A stretch of 52,168 nucleotides of DNA from Deltaproteobacteria bacterium TL4 (lineage in GTDB: Bacteria; SAR324; NAC60-12). The position numbers and the translations under genes are program-made. Where the stretch lies: the NCBI GenBank assembly GCA_051382335.1, contig JBBCAX010000129.1, positions 1-52,168 of the forward strand, read 5' to 3'. A model generated the notes under the pieces. The model was not told where the DNA came from and did no database searches. It saw only the letters and a program-made list of their open reading frames with translations. Below, in pieces: positions 44,293-52,168 of the stretch. The first letter of the stretch is position 1. Every line of letters begins with the position of its first letter.

Positions 44293-44341
44293 GAGGATGC
44301 AACGAATAAATTACGCTTGCATCCTCCCCCTTTCCCCTTTT
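44293..44341 (+). terminator. Probable intrinsic terminator after rpoC
   Basis: GAGGATGCAA...TTGCATCCTC stem followed by a pyrimidine-rich tract. Confidence 0.55.
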
Positions 44342-44393
44342 CCAACCTCCAGATCCTCTAACGTTTTGCCTATTCCTGTGCCACGGGCTGGAT

Positions 44394-44517
44394 GGCTACC
44401 CACTTACGCCGGAACATTGGTAGGCGGGGATTACATGCCCCGCTTTTCTGATCGTTGAGGTTGCCGGACACGTAGTTCCGGCCTACCATCGAGGTATCCC
44501 GGCTTAAGTGAGTAGCC
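44394..44517 (-). mobile_element. 124-bp ISL3-like MITE with 8-bp TSD GGCTGGAT (inverted copy of 21974-22096)
   Basis: Same TIRs and near-identical core. TSD at 44386-44393 and 44518-44525. Confidence 0.9.
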
Positions 44518-44727
44518 GGCTGGATCGTAGACACTTTTTTGTAACCAATTGATTTTATTAACTGCAAATTTGCACAAAAACATGGGTTTTGGGTACGAGC
44601 CAGTGAAGAACGGTCGCGATATCAATTGGGCGTTTTTTCAAAAAATATGCTTGACAAAAATACAAAAATAAGAGAGTTCTTGTAAAGAAAAGACAATTGC
44701 TTTTACAATTCATGTAAGGGGAAAATT

Positions 44728-44835
44728 ATGCTTGAATATTTTATTCAGATGATGAAAAATTTTAACAAGCCAAGCCAAGCCAAGCCAAGCCAAGCCAAGC
44801 CAAGCCAAGCCAAGCCAAGCCAAGCCACTAGGTAA
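44728..44835 (+). CDS. Putative 35-aa leader ORF containing the (CAAGC)12 tract
   Basis: AAGGGG SD, ATG at 44728, MLEYFIQMMKNFN(KPSQA)4TR*. TTGACA at 44651. Confidence 0.4.
   Translation: MLEYFIQMMKNFNKPSQAKPSQAKPSQAKPSQATR
44766..44825. repeat. Pentanucleotide microsatellite (CAAGC)12
   Basis: Perfect tandem repeat of 60 bp. Confidence 0.98.
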
Positions 44836-45023
44836 TTTTTTACGTCTATTTCTCTTTAAGAATCCTCTTCAAGTTCCTCATCTTTTGCAGCGAATTATTC
44901 ACAACAAAGAACCTCCCTTAAGAACCGCGAAAGTTCTTCTCCAAATCCCCCTTAGGAAAGGGGGAAAAGGGGGTTGTGTTTATCCAAATTTCTTAACAAA
45001 TCATTTCAAAATGAGGAGTAACT

Positions 45024-48000
45024 ATGAAATTGAAGATTTCTTTCATTATGCTGAGTTTTTTGATAGTCACCGTTTTATTCGGATGGGGATGTGAGCCCAA
45101 TACCGATAGCACATCTAACAACAGTACCCCCGCTGTGGCACCGGCATCGGAACAACTGGCTTCTTTGGCCATTTCCATTCAAATTCCCAATTCCGCTTTG
45201 AGTCGAAGCAAAGGCGTGGCTGCGGATGTTTCCCAAATAACCATCATGTCACGCGAGGCTCAATGAGTTACATCACGGCTCAAGCCTTGACGAAAACAAA
45301 CGAAGCCTGGTCGGGAACGTTGAATAATCTTCCGGTGGGAAATTCGCTCAATTTTGTGGGACACGCCACTAACGCTTCCAATGTGGAAATATTTACGGGT
45401 ATGGTGACCTATACGCTCACCGGCACGAATGACACACTCAGTCTTTCCTTGAATCCCGTGGATGATGGAGTGGTATTACTCCTTCCCAAGATCACGATCA
45501 CGGCTCTGAATGCTGTGAACACCGAAGCCTCCAGCACGATTCAAGTTGCGGTGGAAGGCAATAGCGGAGAAACGCTGGCTTATTTGATTACCCCTGCCGT
45601 GGGCGGAGGTACGTTCAATCCCTCTTCTGGGAATCTGACATTGAGTGGCACGAGCGGAAGTTTTACTTCGCTCTATACCGCTCCTTCCACAACCGGCACC
45701 TTCACCCACACCCTCAACGTAACCAATGCTCAGGGCAACAGCACCGAAGTGGAGTTTGGAATCGCTTTGAATGATCCCCGTTCCACTGCCGAAGTGACGA
45801 TCAATTTTGCTCCGGTGTTGACGGCGCTGAAAGCTAAACGTTCCGGATCGAACATTCTCTGGACTGCGGTTGTGAACGATGATGGAGATTCCAGTGCGTT
45901 ACGCTATCTTTGGAGTTTTGATGGAGGTACCCTCATTGATACAACCGCCAATCCCAGCACTCTGACCAACTATACCACCTCCACCACCGGAACCATGGTG
46001 CTCAAAATCACCGACCAAAACGGCTCCGGCGCTTCCAGCACAGTCTCTTATTGGCTCCCAGCTAACCAGTTTGCCATTTCAACCAACGCTGAAATAAACA
46101 TTGGCAACGGAAGTGATGGTTCCCTAATTGTAAATGGAGACGTGAACCTAAATACCAACGGCCATGCTCCCAAATTTTCTGTGTCTAGTATTAGCACTAA
46201 TAGCGTAATACTTTCAGAGTCAATTGCTGGGATTGCTTCAGAAGATGAAATTTTATTAATTAATTTACAGGGAAGCGCTACCGCTTATAATAATGTAGGA
46301 AATTATGAATTTTTACAGGTACAGTCCATAACAGGAAACAGTGTCACATTCACCACTAATGTGTCCAAAATTTATGGAGCTACTACCAATAATTCGGTCT
46401 TAACAGATCAAAAGATCATGCTCCAACGAGTGCCACATTATACTGACTTGACGGTGTTGTCTGGGTATTCTCTGAGTGTGTCAGCTTGGGATGGCAACAG
46501 TGGCGGTGTATTAGCATTAAGAGTTTCAGGAACGCTACAGATCCAATCAGGGGGCAAAATCGATGTCAACGGATTAGGATATCGTGGAGGTGGAGGTATA
46601 GAATGGGGATCCTATTCAGACAGTGCTTGGCAAGGAGAGAGCTACGCAGGTCTTGGTGTACGCGATTATCATAACAATTTCGGTGGCGGTGGCGGTGGTC
46701 ATGGCGGAAATGGGAATTGGATTGGAGCCGGAGGCAGTTATGGTAGCAAAGGGATAGAAGATGTTAATTATGATGCGAGGGCAGGTGCAGTATATGGAGA
46801 TTCCAGTTTGAGTCAATTATTCTTAGGATCTGGTGCAGGAGGACGGCAATCTAACTGGGATTGGTGTCAATCTTCGGGTGGAAACGGAGGTGGAATTGCA
46901 ATGGTTTTTTCCAATACAATCAGCGTAAATGGAACCATTCAATCTAATGGAACCATTGCTTTTGGACGTTGTGGAACGCCCAATGACACATCCTCAGCAA
47001 GTGGCTCCGGAGGCAGTATATTGATTCAGGCTGGCAATTTTACTACTGATAAATTAGGTGTGACAGCTACCGGTTTCGCAGGACCTTTTACAACGGCTGG
47101 ATGGTGGACAGGAGGCGCTGGCAGGATAAGTATATATTCTGGTTTATATACTCCACTTTCAGGATCTAATAGCTATTATTTTGTAAAAACTACGGATGAT
47201 GGCTTCAAAGCGGTCACCATTCTCTCTTATGAAAGCGGAGTTCAATATCAGGTCAGTACCAAAGGTTCAGGGTTGGTAACTTCGGGTTCGTTGAATGAGG
47301 GGCAACATTTTGAGATAAAGGACTATAACCTGCCTTTTAACGAATTGATTAAGATTGAAGTAAAAGGAAATGGGATCGTTTATCATACGGACTCATTATA
47401 CACCTATGCTGATGATGGTGAGATCGTTTTGGCAAAAGGGAAAAATAGTTTTGTTGATACAGAGTTTTACATCCGAAGTCCTATTACAGGTTACTCCCCA
47501 CGGCTAGTCGTTGTAGGGATCGAAAACGGGACTACTCTAAATATTGACGATATTTCTGACAATGATGACGATGTGAATGGAATCTCCCTGAACAAAGGAG
47601 GAACCTATGTGAAGGTCTTGAATGGGGTCTCTACTCTGCATTTAACCTCAACGGGGAAAATATATGCCTATTGGGGAATCATAGGTAACTATAGCATGGA
47701 AGTGATTCCTACAGTAACAGGTAACTTAGTAGGGAACGAATTCTATGCGGCCACTCCAAGTTTTATCGGTGTTATGCCTTTGGAAAATGGAAATATGACC
47801 ATCACCAGAATCAGAGATGGTGCTGTAGTTTATAATGGAGCTATTAACAAAGGCTCTGCTATTTACACTAACAATAATGCGGGGTTTAACAGCAATGGTT
47901 GGGCAGGAGTCGAAGTTTTGCATGTAACTTCAGACGTACCTGTTTACAGTTGGATATCCAATTATAATGATAATAACAAAATGTATGGATCCATGCCCAT

Positions 48001-48289
48001 ACCTCCGGTAAATGATTCCTATAAGGAATTTTACGCATACGCTCAAGGTCACTCTAGTTGGCGCTATTTTCTCAACATTCATGCCTACGACAATAACACC
48101 ACTGTTGTTATCACAGATCTTACAGATGGAAGTGCTTCAGCTACAACCACTCTAAATGCAGGAGAATTCTTCAAGTCCCCCGGATTCAACGGACATAATC
48201 TGCACATTGAAACGAGTAAAAGAGCAACAGTCGTCTTGTTTAGTGAGACAGCAATGAGTGCGGGGGCAATGTTGTCAGCAGGGCCATAA
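45024..48289 (+). pseudogene. Large surface lipoprotein (Ig-like, Gly-rich and beta-rich C-terminal repeats) split by an apparent 1-bp frameshift near 45247
   Basis: Lipoprotein signal (GWGC) in ORF 45024-45266. ORF 45263-48289 lacks a signal peptide. Adding one base gives continuous QITIDVTRGSMSYITAQ. Confidence 0.75.
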
Positions 48290-48338
48290 GTGGATCAAAA
48301 CCGAAAAGTCTACTCCGCGCGGTCATAAATTTGGATTT

Positions 48339-48398
48339 TGTCATTCCGAACGCATGTGAGGAATCTTTAAGATTTCTCGCCTTCGGCTCGAAATGACA
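48339..48398. repeat. TGTCATT...AATGACA REP-like palindrome
   Basis: Terminal inverted TGTCATT.CG / CGAAATGACA with internal hairpins. Confidence 0.75.
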
Positions 48399-48614
48399 CA
48401 TCACCTAAAACTGGCCTTGCTGGAGCAACGCACGATTGAAGTGGCCTATCAAGAAGCTATGGAAGAAAAGCAAGCCCTTTTGAAACAATTTGCGGAAATG
48501 CAACGCCGAGAGGAAGAAGCACAACGTCAAAAAGAGGAAGCGCTCCGCCAAAAGGAGGAAGCTTTAAATGAACTTCAACGACTGAAACAACAACTCGCCA
48601 GAGCACGTCCCTGA
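48393..48614 (+). pseudogene. Coiled-coil C-terminal gene remnant (QKEEA repeats), possibly from a PD-(D/E)XK/Rpn-like gene
   Basis: Heptad EEAQRQK/EEALRQK repeats; the ATG is supplied by the REP. Confidence 0.4.
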
Positions 48615-48659
48615 GAAATAACTTTATCGCACAGTATCAATTTTTTATGAGAAAGCCGT

Positions 48660-48710
48660 GCATGCAGGGTGGTGTGGGAGGGGGAAGCGAAAAGCTTCCC
48701 TCTATCCGAT
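48660..48710 (+). mobile_element. 3' end of a group IIC intron (3' half of domain V, domain VI)
   Basis: GCATGCAGGGTGGTGTGGGAGGGGGAAGCGAAAAGCTTCCCTCTATCCGAT: DVI hairpin with bulged A, ending in AT. Confidence 0.85.
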
Positions 48711-48735
48711 TCTGCTTGCCGCAGAGTAATTTCAT

Positions 48736-48909
48736 TCAGCGACTTGCTACCGTTCCGAGGGATACAGGTTGTCTGGAAATAACTCTGGATTGATATTGGA
48801 TCTCTAACTTCTTGGCACGTTCCAAAAGTTTAGTCATATCAAACCCGCATTCCTCTTCAATTTTATGACGTACTTGACGCACTTCATTCACTATCGGATC
48901 TTCCCACAT
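48736..48909 (-). CDS. 57-aa partner (putative antitoxin) of the PIN protein, not in the ORF track
   Basis: MWEDPIVNEVRQVRHKIEEECGFDMTKLLERAKKLEIQYQSRVISRQPVSLGTVASR; TAATG overlap with the PIN gene stop. Confidence 0.8.
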   Translation of the reverse strand: MWEDPIVNEVRQVRHKIEEECGFDMTKLLERAKKLEIQYQSRVISRQPVSLGTVASR

Positions 48910-49382
48910 TATTCCTCCATAAGTTCTTCTGGTGTACAGATAACAGGGGTACGGATCCCCAATTCGTTATTGATGCTTTCGATTAAAAGGCGAACACGAC
49001 CACTGGCAATATGTTTACAATTCCAACTCACCAGGTAGTCAATTCCTTGTCCTGTGGCGATGGCCAAGTGCAAAGCATCCAATTCCGATTTCTGCGGGAT
49101 ATTGAGTGCTTGATTATAACGTTCAGCTAACTCTACGACTTGTGTAGAGGATTGCAGGATAGAAAATCCCTGGACAACTTGGATGCGTTTATTTGCGGCT
49201 ACTCTATCCCCTTGAAAAATTTCATCCAGGACAAAGGTGGATATAAATGCCTCGAATTTGGGCAATTCATTTTCCCACCAATCTTGGGTAATTTGCTGAT
49301 GTCCTGCCACAATTAGGTCACGGCTTGGCCTCGACGTTAAATAACTGATAACTGTTGTTTCAATATAAACCGTTGGTTTCAT
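48909..49382 (-). CDS. PIN-domain (VapC-like) toxin
   Basis: VYIETTVISYL, E in helix, DALHLAIA, YLVSWNCKH and ICTPEEL. GAGG RBS precedes the ATG at 49382. Confidence 0.92.
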   Translation of the reverse strand: MKPTVYIETTVISYLTSRPSRDLIVAGHQQITQDWWENELPKFEAFISTFVLDEIFQGDRVAANKRIQVVQGFSILQSSTQVVELAERYNQALNIPQKSELDALHLAIATGQGIDYLVSWNCKHIASGRVRLLIESINNELGIRTPVICTPEELMEE

Positions 49383-49460
49383 GCCTCTTTCGATTTTGAA
49401 GTTCAAATTTGCTCAACTAAACCATGCTTGTACGGGTTGTCCATTATCTATATTCATATC

Positions 49461-49565
49461 TATAGACTTTCAGATAAGTCTTTCCTGGGAGCGCGGGTAT
49501 CCTGCCCGCAAAAGCAGGCGGGACGCCTGCACTCCCAGCCCAAAATACTTTTCTGAAACACTATA
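49461..49565 (+). mobile_element. TATA-bounded MITE (copy 2), inside the cassette 5' region
   Basis: Homologous to 285-389 and the same 105-bp length. Confidence 0.78.
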
Positions 49566-49605
49566 TCAATACCTTATCAACTTCACAACTAATAATTTTG
49601 AGCAA

Positions 49606-49731
49606 GCAGAACGCTTGAGCTAAGCGGCGGCAACCAAGGGACACGGAACGTCACCGAAGCCGAACCCTGAAAAATGGACTGTGAAATTTGTGAAGGGTAC
49701 GCCTTGGTTGCCGTCAGCTTCAGCGCCTTGT
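49606..49731 (-). other. Integron attC site (top strand = minus), interrupted at its R'' box by a group IIC intron
   Basis: Minus strand reads ACAAGGCGCTGAAGCTGACGGCAACC...GGTTGCCGCCGCTTAGCTCAAGCG|TTCTGC, giving R''/L''/L'/R' boxes and a long imperfect palindrome. Confidence 0.88.
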
Positions 49732-50337
49732 GTACGCCCAGCATGGGCGTGAATTAATGGGGTGAAAGTTCCTTGGAGAGTAGCCAATGGCTACGTTCTC
49801 ATGGAAGTAATAAGGTGGCACTGCCGAGAAATTAGGCAGCTAACGGAGAAAACAAACCACTTCCTAAAAGAAAATATGTCATAAACTCCTAGCCGATGGC
49901 AAGGGCAAACTTGTGAGGGAATGTCTGAAGGCTTGTCCTGAACGCAGTCGAAGGGAAGCCTGGGCAAAACGACGAGTCGACGTACAGAAACCTCAGGTTA
50001 GGCCAACTTCCCCAAGGTGAGTGAGCACAAGATCATGAAACCTTGTGGCTAACGGGATCGGGTCAATGAGGCGGTTGTGTCGTGAAAGTTCACGTTCTTA
50101 TCTGGGAAGATCTGTCCCCCTGTGGGATTCTCCGAAAGGCTTGGCCTCAAGAAAGAGGAGAGAGGACTGAGTTTAAGTCTTTCTCTTTTCTTGCGGTAGA
50201 GGGCTTCTGAGGCAGGAGAAACCGGTCATGTCAGTAACGGTTTGATCTGGGAACAGAAGTCAGATGATCAACAGTTCCAAGGGCTACTGGCGTTTATCCA
50301 AAATGCTGGCGACTCAATCGGGCATGACCAATCGCTG
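49732..50337 (+). mobile_element. 5' part of a group IIC-attC intron (DI-DIII) joined by internal deletion to the C-terminal tip of the RT/maturase
   Basis: Starts after TTGT with GTACGCCCAGCATGGGCG...GGGTGAAAGT. Contains GCAAGGG, CTGAAG/GAAGCC, GAAAGTTCACGTTCTTATCTGGGAAGATCTG and CAGAAGTCAG. 50270-50335 encodes NSSKGYWRLSKMLATQSGMTNR. Confidence 0.88.
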
Positions 50338-50398
50338 AATACTTTTCTGAAACACTATAGAAGCCACCTTGGGAACAAGAATTAAATAACTTCCCCTT

Positions 50399-50484
50399 TT
50401 AACGCAGAGGGCGCAGAGGACACAGAGAAACGCAGAGGAAATTATATAATTTTATTTCTCTGCGTTCTTTGCGTCTCTGCGTTA
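50399..50484. repeat. Palindromic CGCAGAG-type repeat
   Basis: TTAACGCAGAG...CTCTGCGTTAA inverted repeat. Confidence 0.75.
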
Positions 50485-50524
50485 AAAGGGGCTGAGCTGA
50501 AGACCGCCTCAGTTTGAAAATTAA

Positions 50525-50626
50525 TATACTTCTCCAGAAAAGTTTTGTCCTGGGAGTGTGGCATCTTGCCCGCAAAAGCAGGAAGGACGCCTGTGCTCCC
50601 AGCAGAAATTTATCTAGACATCTATA
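50525..50626 (+). mobile_element. TATA-bounded MITE (copy 3); a lone right end also at ~50339-50359
   Basis: Homologous to 285-389 and 49461-49565. Confidence 0.72.
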
Positions 50627-50776
50627 GAAAATTAATGTGTAAGGAATCATTGCCAAAATTATTTATTAACGGTATATGCATCTATAGTAGACTTTTTGTG
50701 TCTGCGTAGAAAAAACGCCTTGTCATGCAACGGCTTTAAGCAAAGGCCTTACCTTAAATTTTCTGAGAACAATATC

Positions 50777-52041
50777 ATGAATGCAGAATCAAAATCTCAA
50801 ATATTAAAATTTTTACAGGAGACCAAATACTTCAGTGATCTGGAGCCAGAAACCTTGATCCAATTTGCGGATTTTGCGGAATACAAGAGATTTGAGGACG
50901 GAGATACCGTTCTACGACAAGGCCAACGAAGTGATTGCATTTATTTCATCATGTCAGGATATGTCTCAGTGCATGTGAATGGAGAACATATTTGTGATTT
51001 AAAAAAGCAAGGTGATATTTTTGGAGAAATGAGCGTCATCACAGGAAATGCGGTCAGTGCAACCATCCACGCTTATGATCATTTGGAAGTACTCACCCTT
51101 TCTTCACAATTTCTTGATGATCTCAATCACCATCAATTCCGTGAACTTCAATATGTTTTTTACCGGTGGTTCGCTTTGATTCTCTCTGAAAAACTGTTTT
51201 TAACTTCATTGAAACCAAAGGTTTACGCAGAACGAAATCAAGAATTGGAGCAGGAAAAAACCAAGCTTTTGGTTAGTTTGAAAAAGATTGAAGAGTTATG
51301 GGGAGAGCATCAGTTTCTAATGGAAAAAATTGAAAAAATTACCGAAAACGACTTAAAAGATCTAGCCCAGAGCCTGAGAAGGGTATCGGAGAACATCACT
51401 TCACAGGAAAAAAAGTCGTTAATTCAAGGCATGAAAACCGTCGATAAGGTGCAAGAGGCATGGAACTCCGCAACCAAGTTGTCCAAATTCAGAAAGGAAG
51501 TTCAAAGGAAAAAAGTTCTGTTGGCAGAGAACAATAAGAAGCAACAAATTATTACGAAAATGGCCTTAGGCGGGACAGGCATTGAGTTGGATATCGTAGA
51601 AAATTTAGAAGCGGGCTACAAGATATTAGCAGAAAAGCATTATGATATTTTATGCTCCAATATTGAATTGATTGAACTGACGGCGTTTGCGCATCAACAA
51701 TATCCTAAAACGCAATCTGTGTTTATGACTTCTGATGATGTCCAAAGTTATTTACCCGTTTTAAAACGCTATCCTCATATTTCAAATATCATCTCAAGAC
51801 ATGAAGAAGATCGGACTTTTACGGTAAAAAATATTTTAATCACTATCGGGAAATTGATCAATCAAGAGCTATTTGGCTTGGAAAAATACCTCAGTTGGGG
51901 GATTGAAATCCAAGAAAAAGTCGTCACCGACAGTACCCAAAGAAGTGAGCTGATTGATCAAATGATGGACTATTTTGCGCAAATGGGGGTAAGGCGTCCC
52001 ATTCTCAATAAAAGCGTCATGATTGCGGAAGAGTTGTTAAT
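50777..52041 (+). pseudogene. cNMP-binding domain, coiled coil and receiver-like domain protein; not in the ORF track (frame open to window end); probably interrupted near 52042
   Basis: Manual translation MNAESKSQILKFLQETKYFSDL...LRQGQRSDCIYFIMSG...GDIFGEMS...KVLLAENN...AEELL. Confidence 0.75.
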
Positions 52042-52168
52042 CAATACCTTCGCCAATTATGATGCTTTTCGGGTTACCAATTTTAGACAATTTGCTACTA
52101 AACTCAAAGATTTTTTTGCAATCTTAGCAAATTCGATAACCGCTGTGCCTTTTTTTTCAGTTTCAATA
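52042..52168 (-). mobile_element. Possible end of an IS4-like element with the C-terminus of a convergent ORF
   Basis: CAATACCTT terminus. A minus-strand open frame (...KKSLSLVANCLKLVTRKAS*) stops at 52057, inside the putative IR. Confidence 0.4.

Noticed and set aside
45263..50337. Diversity-generating retroelement or retron targeting the surface protein
   Set aside because: No TR/VR repeat pair was seen and no intact RT is present. The only RT trace is a group II intron remnant.

Overview
Bacterial chromosomal segment; gene content and RpoB/RpoC style suggest a deltaproteobacterial, SAR324-like organism (inference). The core genes are an orphan fliN, a complete Na+-NQR operon (nqrA-F, apbE and an unannotated nqrM), tRNA-Leu(CAG), a YhdJ-like orphan DNA methyltransferase, a hybrid histidine kinase, a DUF47-PiT phosphate operon with a four-repeat PHO-box-like operator followed by a P-loop protein and an FHA-phosphatase, pyk, DUF4105/DUF3015 genes, kdsD, an RsmB-like gene and a stand-alone rpoBC. 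The intergenic DNA holds many small repeats: REP-like palindromes and several MITE types whose IS-like ends enclose REP doublets. Two pentanucleotide microsatellites lie inside short leader ORFs ahead of secreted-protein sequences. The most striking feature is at 48.66-50.34 kb: an integron-type cassette (PIN toxin plus small partner) with a canonical attC and no integrase in the window. It is bracketed by the 3' and 5' parts of a group IIC-attC intron in permuted order, with exact attC/intron junctions on both sides. The last gene (cNMP-binding) appears to be interrupted by an IS4-like element at the window end.
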